From positions 1 to 64,000 of the IMG/VR virus record IMGVR_UViG_3300046714_000360: a stretch of DNA of 64,000 nt, one strand, 5' to 3'. Every line of letters starts with the position of its first letter. Positions within the stretch are counted from its first letter, which is position 1. Below the pieces are notes generated by a model. That model did not search any database. It saw only the letters and a list, made by a program, of their open reading frames with translations, and was not told the origin of the DNA. The DNA comes from a virus. Of this stretch, positions 51,830 through 60,567 are shown in pieces. A program made the position numbers and the translations under genes.

Positions 51830-51933
51830 CCTACTGTACTCGATATCCATATAGCCCTCTCCAGCTATGCTGTGCGTTTTTCCTACTGCTGACATACCGG
51901 TAGGTTTAAAAGCAGCCATTCGAGTACAGTAGG
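51830..51933 (+). repeat. 14-bp perfect inverted repeat in the 5' UTR of the 51947 gene
   Basis: CCTACTGTACTCGA 51830-43 and TCGAGTACAGTAGG 51920-33; the right arm abuts the SD GGGGAGG. Confidence 0.6.
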
Positions 51934-51946
51934 GGAGGCAACACGT

Positions 51947-52207
51947 ATGCCAGTAGTCGCATTAGTAAACGCAGCAGGTCCACTTGGCGATGTTCATGTT
52001 AACGAGTTTAGCACATGGTCTACAAAGCCAGAGCTACGAGAAGGAGAGACCATCGATAATCTTGAGGCAGATGGTCTCGAGCTCACAGCAATCTTCAGAC
52101 AGATCCAAGGAGTACCGTTCGCGTTTGACGCTTTCGGTTCTCTTAAGGCAAAGCAAGTCTGGCGCGGAGTTCTCGCACAATTCATTTACGAAAACTTAGA
52201 GCTGTAG
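51947..52207 (+). CDS. hypothetical protein, 86 aa
   Basis: GGGGAGG SD; ORF track. Confidence 0.55.
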   Translation: MPVVALVNAAGPLGDVHVNEFSTWSTKPELREGETIDNLEADGLELTAIFRQIQGVPFAFDAFGSLKAKQVWRGVLAQFIYENLEL

Positions 52208-52216
52208 GAGGATAGT

Positions 52217-53104
52217 ATGTTCAAGCCGATGTTAGCTTGTAAGATCAAGCCGCCTTTCACAGATCTCGCAAAGATCAAGTATCCAGTTCTCGCTAGTAGG
52301 AAGCTGGATGGCATTCGCGCAACTGTTCAAGATGGGCGCCTTCTCAGTCGAAAGTTGAAAGACATTCCAAATCTGCATGTGCAGAAGCTGTTCGGTAAAT
52401 CTGTACTGAATGGTTTGGACGGTGAGCTTATCATGGGAGTTCCTACTGCTCATGATGTGTTCAGGAGAACCAGTAGTGCAGTCATGAGTCATGAGGGAGA
52501 ACCTTATGTCATGTTCCGGGTGTTTGACAAACACTCGTTGCGTTGCTTTGAAGAAAGGCTACAAGCCGCTTGGAAGCTCATAAGGCATTTCCAACCGCGT
52601 GTGCAATTAGTAGAACATACACTTGTGCACTCACGCAAAGATTTGTTGACACTCGAGTCTGAATGGCTTGATGAAGGCTATGAAGGTTTGATGCTTCGTG
52701 ATCCTCAAGGGCTGTACAAGCAAGGGCGCAGTACTCTCAGAGAAGGAGGTCTCATTGCCTTGAAGCGCAGGCTTGATGGGGAAGCTGTCGTTCTTGATAT
52801 TGAAGAACAGATGCACAATGCCAATGAGGCTGAGGAAGACGCTCTCGGACATACAAAGCGCAGTAGCAAAACGGCAGGTATGCAACCTATGGGCGTGCTC
52901 GGCGCTGTTTTCGTTCGCGATCTCAAGACCAAGGTCGAGTTCCGCATCGGTTCAGGATTCGATGCAGCAGACAGAAAGAAGCTTTGGAAGAAGGCAAATA
53001 GGCCGATTGGGAGAATCGTCAAGTACAGTTACTTTCCAGTCGGTGTCAAAGACAAACCGCGGCATCCGGTGTTTGAGGGCTTCCGCGATCCCATAGACAT
53101 GTAG
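52217..53104 (+). CDS. ATP-dependent DNA ligase, 295 aa
   Basis: AGGAGG SD; SRKLDGIRA (KxDG), GLDGELI, YEGLMLRD, IALKRR. Confidence 0.85.
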   Translation: MFKPMLACKIKPPFTDLAKIKYPVLASRKLDGIRATVQDGRLLSRKLKDIPNLHVQKLFGKSVLNGLDGELIMGVPTAHDVFRRTSSAVMSHEGEPYVMFRVFDKHSLRCFEERLQAAWKLIRHFQPRVQLVEHTLVHSRKDLLTLESEWLDEGYEGLMLRDPQGLYKQGRSTLREGGLIALKRRLDGEAVVLDIEEQMHNANEAEEDALGHTKRSSKTAGMQPMGVLGAVFVRDLKTKVEFRIGSGFDAADRKKLWKKANRPIGRIVKYSYFPVGVKDKPRHPVFEGFRDPIDM

Positions 53105-53112
53105 GAGGTCAC

Positions 53113-53295
53113 ATGGACGCAACGTTTCTCGAAGAGCTCGAAAACCAGCATCAAGAGTTCATTCGGCAGCTTGAGGCGCAAGGGAGAGCACTTGCTGTCG
53201 CTCACTTTCATGGTGTCCACGGTTGGGATAACATAACCGCCAAGTCCGAGTTCCAAGACATCATGAACCAGCTACGAGACGAGCGCGGTCACTGA
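53113..53295 (+). CDS. hypothetical protein, 60 aa
   Basis: AGGAGG SD; ORF track. Confidence 0.5.
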   Translation: MDATFLEELENQHQEFIRQLEAQGRALAVAHFHGVHGWDNITAKSEFQDIMNQLRDERGH

Positions 53296-53333
53296 GGTCA
53301 TGCGACCCCTATATAAAGGAGACGAGAAAACTC

Positions 53334-53412
53334 TTGACTCCTGCGCCAAGAAAACCTATACTATTCATGGGTAGAGGGACTGTCCTAAATAGGGCCAGTC
53401 CCTTTATTACGT
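53334..53412 (+). promoter_or_regulatory. conserved promoter-leader cassette, copy B
   Basis: TTGACT 53334-39, 17-nt spacer, TATACT 53357-62, ATTCATGGGTAGAGGGACTG; hairpin GGGACTG/CAGTCCC 53376-53402, then TTTATTACGT. Confidence 0.6.
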
Positions 53413-53431
53413 TCTAAGACGAGGTTCACAA

Positions 53432-53716
53432 ATGGGTACAACGTCGGATGGGAAGTTCAAAGCAGTTGATGTACGCCCAGCGCCAGCTTATATTCTCGAG
53501 TACACAGCTATCGACGGCACTCGAGAACGTTCCAATTTAATGAGGCTTTGCATTCAGCAGGTCAAAGCTTGCAGCCCAGAAGGTGTTATCGAAAGTCTGA
53601 TGGCCACGTTCGTAGAAGACATGGGGCTTAGTAAAGCGCGTGCTGTTGCTGCCTTACAGGCAATGGTGCCTGTTGTCGCGCGCTACTATCGTCCAAAGAA
53701 AAAGAATAAGAAATAG
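53432..53716 (+). CDS. hypothetical protein, 94 aa
   Basis: GAGG SD; ORF track. Confidence 0.55.
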   Translation: MGTTSDGKFKAVDVRPAPAYILEYTAIDGTRERSNLMRLCIQQVKACSPEGVIESLMATFVEDMGLSKARAVAALQAMVPVVARYYRPKKKNKK

Positions 53717-53751
53717 GTCCGCAAAACACGTAAGAAGAAAAAGGAGACAGT

Positions 53752-54186
53752 ATGTCCACAGCAGGTAATCCAATCGAGCAAGGAATCTTTTCTAAGCTCA
53801 GCGCCCACGTCGCCGTTGTCTTTGCCAAGATCAAGAAGCGTCGCAAAGACCTCGCCGAGAAAGAATCGTCGATGGCAGCACAGATCAAGCTGCTGATCGA
53901 GAACGACAAGTTCACCAATGTCAAGAAAACGAAGGACGGTGCCAACGGCACAATCGAGACGCACAGCTATCAGCCACCAGACAGTCCCTTTGCTTTGGTG
54001 ATGACTCGCTACCTCAAGAAGGATGCAGTCGACTACAAGGCAGAGTGTCTTCGCTTGTACAAGAAGATGTACGGAGAAGGCAAGTGGAAGAAACCGTGGG
54101 CAGCGTTCACCAAGAACGTCGACCTGAATCCTATCGAGTCACTCGACGTTGATGTTAACCCAGGCTACATTCACCCGAGGAGTTAA
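53752..54186 (+). CDS. hypothetical protein, 144 aa
   Basis: AAGGAG SD; ORF track. Confidence 0.6.
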   Translation: MSTAGNPIEQGIFSKLSAHVAVVFAKIKKRRKDLAEKESSMAAQIKLLIENDKFTNVKKTKDGANGTIETHSYQPPDSPFALVMTRYLKKDAVDYKAECLRLYKKMYGEGKWKKPWAAFTKNVDLNPIESLDVDVNPGYIHPRS

Positions 54187-54188
54187 AC

Positions 54189-54512
54189 ATGGCCAGACGC
54201 TTTGTACCTGATCCGCTACCACCACCGAACAATAGCCGAGGACTCTTAACTGATGATGAGCTGTACACGTTGCGCAATCCAGATAGTCTGGAGTACGTGG
54301 TCACTATCATCAAAGAAAAACTGCGCAATGCTGAACAGAAGCAGTGGCTCGACGCCAATGACATCAGCATCGAGGAATCGTTAACCGGGCGGTGGGAAGT
54401 TACACCAGCTCGCGATAAGTTCATGCAAGAGATGTTTGCAGATTGGAACAGGAAATGTGGTGAGCACCAGTTTGGTAGATACCACGGTACCAGATTCGAA
54501 AATTCAAAATGA
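54189..54512 (+). CDS. hypothetical protein, 107 aa
   Basis: GAGGAG SD; ORF track. Confidence 0.6.
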   Translation: MARRFVPDPLPPPNNSRGLLTDDELYTLRNPDSLEYVVTIIKEKLRNAEQKQWLDANDISIEESLTGRWEVTPARDKFMQEMFADWNRKCGEHQFGRYHGTRFENSK

Positions 54513-54522
54513 GGGTAGTGAC

Positions 54523-55887
54523 ATGAAAAAGAAAGTATCCGCTCAGAAAACTTCCACGAAGGCTCCCGCAAAGCCAGTAGCCGCTCCCAAAGCAACTGCT
54601 GCCCCCAAGCAGCAAGGTGCTTCCACGCAGCAGGCTCCTATCGAGTCCACGACAGACGAGTGTAGTGACTGTGGCAGCCGCCACTACTTTGAAGTTGGTG
54701 GCGTCAAGTTCTGCGCCGCGGGCTGTGGTGACAAAGGTCGTCATCCAATTCCCCAGGTAGCAGCTACTCCTGTTCGTGAGGTAGTCAAGAATGTTGTTGC
54801 CGTGTTGGCCAATGAGCCCCCAGTTGCAGGCCTAGGCCTTGATGAGGAAATGGTTGCCGGTGAAGTTGCCTCTGGCGATTCATTTATCGTTGCCACTGGA
54901 GAAGATGCCACACAGAAGGAAGCCTACGAGACAGTCTCTGTTGACGCCGGCTCCGGTTCCACTCTCGCAGACATTTACGATCGCGAGATGAAGCTGTGGT
55001 ACGTCGTCGACAATTCGGGTTCCATGGCAGACGGGATGGACAAAGAGACAGATCAGATGGTCAAAGAGTTCCAATGGCCGCCAGAAATGTTGCTCGAGTT
55101 CAGGAAGCGGCTTGCCGATGAGCAAGGTAGTCTACCAACGCCAGCACCTGATGCAGATGCTGATGATGAAGATGAGTTCGACGAAGAGTACGCTGATGCA
55201 GAGCCAATCGTGAATTGGCTAGACTCTGCATCGGTAACAGACCTCCAGCTCCAGATGAAGATCCTGGACGAGCAGTTGAATGACAAGTACAAGATACCGT
55301 TGGTGCCTGTGAAGTCATATGGTGCTGACACCAAGGGCCCGATGAGGAAGTTGGATGTAGTTAAGACAGAGTCCAAATCTTTCGTGCGGGAAAGGTTCCA
55401 GAAGTTTCCGCGAGCGAAGGTTGGTGTCTTCTCATTCAATCAGTCTTGCACATTGCGCGCGCCCGTCGGTAGCTTTGAGGCCAGCGTGTATGAAGCCATC
55501 GACAGTATGTATCCAAATGGTGGCACATCGATCATTCCTGCTATCGAGAGGGTGATGAAAGAATGTGGTCGGCTGAAGAAAGAAATCGGTATGCATCACA
55601 TCGTGCTGATCTCTGATGGTTTTGACAACGGCGCACTTGATGCTGAGAAGCTGATCCCACAAATGAAAGAGATTGGCATCGTCTTCGATTTCATTTTTGT
55701 CGCCAACCGTGCTCTCGATGAAAACGGTTACGAGCGCGCATTGGTCGAAAAGGTCGCTGCTGTCCTCCGCAAAGTTTGTGAAGCTACTGGAGGGGAGTTC
55801 ACCGAAGTCAACAAGGTCTCCGAGTTCAAGCAGAAGTTCCTTTCAGTTTCCACTCGGCTTTGCTTGCCACCCGCAAGCGGAAAGTAA
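54523..55887 (+). CDS. von Willebrand factor A (VWA) domain protein with Lys/Ala/Pro-rich N-terminus and zinc ribbon, 454 aa
   Basis: YVVDNSGSMADG (MIDAS DxSxS), HIVLISDGFDNG; CSDCGS..CAAGCG; acidic linker DADADDEDEFDEE. Confidence 0.75.
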   Translation: MKKKVSAQKTSTKAPAKPVAAPKATAAPKQQGASTQQAPIESTTDECSDCGSRHYFEVGGVKFCAAGCGDKGRHPIPQVAATPVREVVKNVVAVLANEPPVAGLGLDEEMVAGEVASGDSFIVATGEDATQKEAYETVSVDAGSGSTLADIYDREMKLWYVVDNSGSMADGMDKETDQMVKEFQWPPEMLLEFRKRLADEQGSLPTPAPDADADDEDEFDEEYADAEPIVNWLDSASVTDLQLQMKILDEQLNDKYKIPLVPVKSYGADTKGPMRKLDVVKTESKSFVRERFQKFPRAKVGVFSFNQSCTLRAPVGSFEASVYEAIDSMYPNGGTSIIPAIERVMKECGRLKKEIGMHHIVLISDGFDNGALDAEKLIPQMKEIGIVFDFIFVANRALDENGYERALVEKVAAVLRKVCEATGGEFTEVNKVSEFKQKFLSVSTRLCLPPASGK

Positions 55888-55894
55888 AGGCAAT

Positions 55895-56032
55895 ATGTAT
55901 AGACCCTTTACAGAAGAAGAAGCTGCTTATCTTTTTAGGACATATGGTGCTTGGCTCGTCTTTATGTCCTATGAGGATAAAAGGAAAGTAGCAGATCATT
56001 ATACATCCAGCCAGAAAGAGGTGACGAAATGA
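55895..56032 (+). CDS. hypothetical protein, 45 aa
   Basis: Hand-read ATG55895..TGA56032; ATGA overlap with the next gene. Confidence 0.4.
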   Translation: MYRPFTEEEAAYLFRTYGAWLVFMSYEDKRKVADHYTSSQKEVTK

Positions 56033-56433
56033 AATGCTCAGCATGCAAAGGAACAAAGATGATCGGTGACCGTCCTTGCGGTAATTGTGCAGGCACCGGT
56101 GTTGCTAAAGACATTCACCTGTCTGGTGGGCCACATCCAACAGCATTGATCCTCGATCCTGATGACAAGCTTTTCAGGATCAAGATCACTTGCAAATGTA
56201 GTGCTGCACTAGTGTTTGAGATTCCTGAGAAGCTCAAGCACATTGTACGCCACATGGTTCGGTGTAACATGTGCAGCACGCTGTACGTGTTTGACACAGA
56301 TGGTTCACTGGGACGTGTCAGTCCTGATGGATCAGTTAAGATTCTCCAGCCAGCGGAGAAGACTAGTATCAAAGAGACCAAGCCAAGTGCAGATTCCTTT
56401 CAGGCGTCTGCATCTACAAAATGGGTTAACTAA
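56029..56433 (+). CDS. protein with DnaJ-type CxxCxGxG zinc-finger repeats, 134 aa
   Basis: CSACKGTK and CGNCAGTG near the N-terminus. Confidence 0.5.
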   Translation: MKCSACKGTKMIGDRPCGNCAGTGVAKDIHLSGGPHPTALILDPDDKLFRIKITCKCSAALVFEIPEKLKHIVRHMVRCNMCSTLYVFDTDGSLGRVSPDGSVKILQPAEKTSIKETKPSADSFQASASTKWVN

Positions 56434-56467
56434 GCTCAACACAAAAATTCTAGAATGAGGTAATGAG

Positions 56468-57631
56468 ATGCCGTTCAAACGTCGTCGTGTTCATCAAACG
56501 TCTACGCAGCCCAAGGCCCCCAAGCCTGCGCCGCTTCCGAAGCCGAAGTCCTCAGACCTTCGGATGATCCTAAAAGGTTACATATCACCAGACACAACGC
56601 AGAGGATCAATGCACTCTCGTATGCGTTGCAGTTCTATGACAAGGCTCTTGAGTATTGCATGTCCAGGAAGAAGGTAGGTCCTGATCAAGCCAAGACACT
56701 CGACCGCGCGGTCAAGGCTCGCAAGCTCGGACAGCAAGCAGGAACGCTGCCAGAGAAAGACACTTCATACAGGACCGCAGTCACCTTGTACGAGAAGGTG
56801 TGCGCGTTCATTCATCCGCCAGTTGCCAGTGAGTTCTTCAAACGGTTCGACGAGAAGAAAGATGTACTCGAAAAGAAACAGACCAGCATTGGTGAGAAGT
56901 TCGGTGACTTCATCGACCTTATTACCAAAGCCCTGCAGCCTAAGAATCCAGAAGGCAAGGTTCTGCAGATCATCGTTACTGATGCGCAGAAGCCTTTTGG
57001 ATTCGACCCTCTCATTACCCAGGTGAGCTATGACAAGCATGAAGCTCGCCGGGTGAAGGACAAGATCCGCCGCGAAGGCTTGCTGCCTGTTGCCATTGAG
57101 GAAGCTTCTAGGCTTTCACGCGCTGCCGCTTACGAGCCTGCACCAGATGGCTCTGGTAAGTATGTGGTCAATTCACGCAAGATGCTCGAGGCCTATCACA
57201 GCATTCTGCAGACGTTTGTAATCTATGCGAGTACAGATCCTCAAGCTCCTAAGCGGCTTGCGAAGCGTCCAGGACCTGTACAAGCATCCAATGGACAAGC
57301 AGTCCCCTCTGCTACTCCCAAACAGAAAGGGACGCGTCCAGCGGGCTTTGGCGGTACCAAAGGGCCTAAGGTCCTCACACTCTATGTACAGGGTGGTGCC
57401 ATGGCCATCGTGGGCCAGCATCTAGCCACTAACAATGAGGCATGGTTCGAGCAAGCAGATCTTCAGAAGTTGGTTGCTGCTGATGTTGCTGGTCGCCTCA
57501 AAGCAATGCAGAAGCATGGTATCCAGTATGGCATGTGGAAGGTTGAACAGAAAGGATCACAATGGCGCATGGTGCTGCAGACTGCTCCTGCTAGTCAACA
57601 GCCTAGCTCTGGAGCACCTGCCAACCCATAG
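56468..57631 (+). CDS. hypothetical protein, 387 aa, basic Pro/Lys-rich N-terminus
   Basis: GAGG SD; ORF track. Confidence 0.65.
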   Translation: MPFKRRRVHQTSTQPKAPKPAPLPKPKSSDLRMILKGYISPDTTQRINALSYALQFYDKALEYCMSRKKVGPDQAKTLDRAVKARKLGQQAGTLPEKDTSYRTAVTLYEKVCAFIHPPVASEFFKRFDEKKDVLEKKQTSIGEKFGDFIDLITKALQPKNPEGKVLQIIVTDAQKPFGFDPLITQVSYDKHEARRVKDKIRREGLLPVAIEEASRLSRAAAYEPAPDGSGKYVVNSRKMLEAYHSILQTFVIYASTDPQAPKRLAKRPGPVQASNGQAVPSATPKQKGTRPAGFGGTKGPKVLTLYVQGGAMAIVGQHLATNNEAWFEQADLQKLVAADVAGRLKAMQKHGIQYGMWKVEQKGSQWRMVLQTAPASQQPSSGAPANP

Positions 57632-57640
57632 GAGGCGTGT

Positions 57641-57865
57641 ATGTTTGATCGCTTTAAATTGCCTGAAGGAGTTACTCGGTTCAGAGTGTTGCCTCCAACA
57701 GTAATGCAATCTCCGTTTGAGTATCGCTTTGAAGATGCTGTAGCTAGATGGCCATGTACTGGCCCACTCACATGTCCTCTGTGTTTGATGGAAGCAGAGC
57801 ACAAGCTAGACGAAAGACTTCAGCAGCTTTGGGAAGATGACGGAGGCACTATTTCGATGAGGTAG
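57641..57865 (+). CDS. hypothetical protein, 74 aa
   Basis: AGGAGG SD; ORF track. Confidence 0.5.
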   Translation: MFDRFKLPEGVTRFRVLPPTVMQSPFEYRFEDAVARWPCTGPLTCPLCLMEAEHKLDERLQQLWEDDGGTISMR

Positions 57866-57999
57866 TAAAACGATATGGGTGGTCGGGGTGCTACCTCTCC
57901 CGGGAATCAAAGTCGCTTGGGGGCGATCACGATTCTGAACTGCCTGGTGTTCTGAGCCATCAGGCAAGTTCCTGCCCTCCATTTTCTTTAGGAGGTTGT

Positions 58000-58281
58000 A
58001 TGCAAAAGATGTTAGGTGTTTTCTTAGAAGCCGCTGGCCAGTTTGTAGCGATATTGGCAGTCATTTATGTTTCTGCCAAAGTGTTGCAACTTGCTTTAGA
58101 AAGCATTCTAAGAATGCTACGTGCCTACTTGTACTTTTGTGAGTACATCATTCATCGCAAGAGTTTTCGCAAATGGCTCGTAGCAAATTGCGAGCATAAT
58201 AAAGGCCCAGTACTTACGCCGTCCATTCTTGTACGTGACAAGGACGAGTATGAGCCACCACAAGAGGAGCAGCTGTTATGA
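58000..58281 (+). CDS. hypothetical membrane protein, 93 aa
   Basis: AGGAGG SD; hydrophobic N-terminus. Confidence 0.5.
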   Translation: MQKMLGVFLEAAGQFVAILAVIYVSAKVLQLALESILRMLRAYLYFCEYIIHRKSFRKWLVANCEHNKGPVLTPSILVRDKDEYEPPQEEQLL

Positions 58282-59168
58282 GAAAGGTGCTAGTTATTTC
58301 CAAGAACCTTATAGGCGACGCGTTGTATACCAGCTGCGCCATGAAGGCGTACCTTGCCAAATATCCTGATACACATTTCACTGTGCTCACGCTAGACAAT
58401 CATGTGACACAGGTGTACAGGCAGTTTAATTTGCCTATCACAGTCGTTACTGAACCTTTAGATTCTAATCTCGATGAAAGCTTCGACGAGATATTCGAGT
58501 TGGGCGCAGGAGCTGCAGGGCAACTTGCAGATCTCGTTCTCCGAGGAGAAAAGAAATATCTGCACATTGCTCAATGCTTCGGTCGTATGATGGGAGTAGA
58601 AGTTACTGACTTCCGTCCAACATATAGGCCAGTTGGTCAGTTGCCTTTGTATGATGCTTTCCACACGCAGAATGCTATTTTTATTTCACCCTTCTCGATG
58701 AGCTGTACCAGCCGAGATAAGAACAGGCCAGGTATGCCTCCAAATAAGATGCTGCCATGGACAACGTGGGGGCTCATCATCAGGCAGTTGAGGACGTTCA
58801 GTCTTCCAATTCGTTGCCTTGGCGCGAAAGAGGATCGCGCGCCTATGCTTACTCTTTCAGAAGAAGAGTACTATACGGGCGTGCCTCTTAACAATGTAGC
58901 CCTCGCCCTGCAGCAATGCAGGATGCTTGTTACTGTCGATAACGGGATGGGCCATCTTGCCGCAACTTTACACAGACCAATGGTAGTGTTTTATCCGATG
59001 GTGCTACCAGTTAGTTTTATTGGTTCTGTTTATAATCCGCGGAGTGTGATTATACATGTAGACCCAGCTACCACCGCCCCGCTTAACTTGTATCTGAGTG
59101 CAAAAGAAGGTATAGACAAGTGCATCGAACGTGATGCTCAGATTTCCCTTGAGGAGAAGACTCGATGA
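58278..59168 (+). CDS. GT9 (heptosyltransferase)-like glycosyltransferase, 296 aa
   Basis: ATGA overlap; KVLVISKNLIGDALYTSCAMKAYLAKYPDTHFTVLT and LVTVDNGMGHLAATLHRPMVVFYP. Confidence 0.6.
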   Translation: MRKVLVISKNLIGDALYTSCAMKAYLAKYPDTHFTVLTLDNHVTQVYRQFNLPITVVTEPLDSNLDESFDEIFELGAGAAGQLADLVLRGEKKYLHIAQCFGRMMGVEVTDFRPTYRPVGQLPLYDAFHTQNAIFISPFSMSCTSRDKNRPGMPPNKMLPWTTWGLIIRQLRTFSLPIRCLGAKEDRAPMLTLSEEEYYTGVPLNNVALALQQCRMLVTVDNGMGHLAATLHRPMVVFYPMVLPVSFIGSVYNPRSVIIHVDPATTAPLNLYLSAKEGIDKCIERDAQISLEEKTR

Positions 59169-59719
59169 AGACCGTACGTAACAAGAAAGACAAGCCGCCA
59201 GTTGTTATGCCTGGAGTACCTACACCTGATTGCTTTGATGATACGCTGCATCATCAAGCAGTTGCTGTTGAGCGCAATAAACAGTTGTTCGATCACTACA
59301 TTCGCAACAGCCCGCAAGTAGGAGGGCTAATCTGCAGGTGCTGTGTAAAGGATTACAGCATGTTGCAGATGATGAGTGCTAAGCCATTCGCTACTCGGAT
59401 GGCTGCTGCACATCATATCCTCAAGCATCTGGCTGGGATGCCTGTTCCTACGCGGGATGTTCATGCAGAGGTCGGACAGTTACTCCACACTCAAGTGGTG
59501 AAGCATGCAGAGAAGAGAGCAGCTGAGCATTACATGGCACTGGGTGCTGTTGCTATTTCGTTGCTCATAGAGTTAACTACAGCACCCATGGCTCAGCAGA
59601 ATCAGACATACCACCTGATGATGGAGACTGCTATTCGCCAAGCAGATGGTGCTTTTGCGATTCTTGGTTGCCAATTTGGGGCCCGTTGGGAGTCTCCATT
59701 AGGAGAAGGCCATGAGTAA
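59165..59719 (+). CDS. hypothetical protein, 184 aa
   Basis: ATGA overlap; ORF track. Confidence 0.6.
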   Translation: MKTVRNKKDKPPVVMPGVPTPDCFDDTLHHQAVAVERNKQLFDHYIRNSPQVGGLICRCCVKDYSMLQMMSAKPFATRMAAAHHILKHLAGMPVPTRDVHAEVGQLLHTQVVKHAEKRAAEHYMALGAVAISLLIELTTAPMAQQNQTYHLMMETAIRQADGAFAILGCQFGARWESPLGEGHE

Positions 59720-59924
59720 GGTACAGACAACGGTAACGGGGTCAGTAATCGGTGATGCTTTTATGCTTGCTGATGAAGAAGATCTAATAGGCCTCAAGTC
59801 CCAAAGTGAGCTTGCCCTTGCTGATCCTAAGGCTACTCTTACTCAGATAGAAGTAGAAACAGTGAGGAAGCTTATTCAAGCCATCGACCATGAACTTAAG
59901 AGGAGGAAGGATGCCTGCAATTAA
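59712..59924 (+). CDS. hypothetical protein, 70 aa
   Basis: AGGAGAAGG SD; ORF track. Confidence 0.5.
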   Translation: MSKVQTTVTGSVIGDAFMLADEEDLIGLKSQSELALADPKATLTQIEVETVRKLIQAIDHELKRRKDACN

Positions 59925-60567
59925 TGCAATTGAGCAACAGCATATGTACGCTATTTATGGCGTATTGTATTCCTTTCGTTGTGACGATTCAAAATGTCGT
60001 AAAGGTTTCCATGATGTATTGAATACTTACAACGCAGTAGTGCTTGGTGGTCATACGTATTGCCTCTCATGTAAAGAAGATCACATCTTATCGAAGACAG
60101 ATACTGTTGAATGGATTCCAAAGATGTTGCGTCCAACATTTTTAGGGAAGAAGGACAATCCTGAAGTTCCTGAATCATGGACACATTGCGGAGACTGCAA
60201 TGCAGTGCTCAGACCAACTGAGCACAATCTAGCTGCATGTTATATCATAGTCGTGAACAGAATAAGGAAGGCAGTGTGCCACACCTGTTACGATACCAAG
60301 TACAAGCTCGCTACTCCTTCGAGGCAACGTAGTGTAACGACACCTACGACATCTGCTAAGGATGTAGAGAAAATGGAGAAGATGGTTCTCGAGACCATCA
60401 GGATGAATCCCAAGAAGAAGTGGAATGTAGGCGTGCTGTTCGAAGCCATCGGCAAAGAGTATGGCAAGGACAAACTCATTCGCGAGGCCGTCCGCAACTT
60501 GCGGAATGCAGGCACGCTGCTATTCACAGACCATCAGCTCACGCTCAGCAAGAAGCAGGTACAGTAA
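59911..60567 (+). CDS. hypothetical Cys-rich protein with winged-helix-like C-terminus, 218 aa
   Basis: AGGAGGAAGG SD before ATG59911. Confidence 0.6.
   Translation: MPAINAIEQQHMYAIYGVLYSFRCDDSKCRKGFHDVLNTYNAVVLGGHTYCLSCKEDHILSKTDTVEWIPKMLRPTFLGKKDNPEVPESWTHCGDCNAVLRPTEHNLAACYIIVVNRIRKAVCHTCYDTKYKLATPSRQRSVTTPTTSAKDVEKMEKMVLETIRMNPKKKWNVGVLFEAIGKEYGKDKLIREAVRNLRNAGTLLFTDHQLTLSKKQVQ

Noticed and set aside
57937-57989. The hairpin GAACTGCCTG/CAGGCAAGTTC followed at a distance by ATTTTCTTT, as an intrinsic terminator
   Set aside because: The stem has a bulge and the T-rich run is ~9 nt away from the stem, so it is not a canonical terminator. I did not call it.
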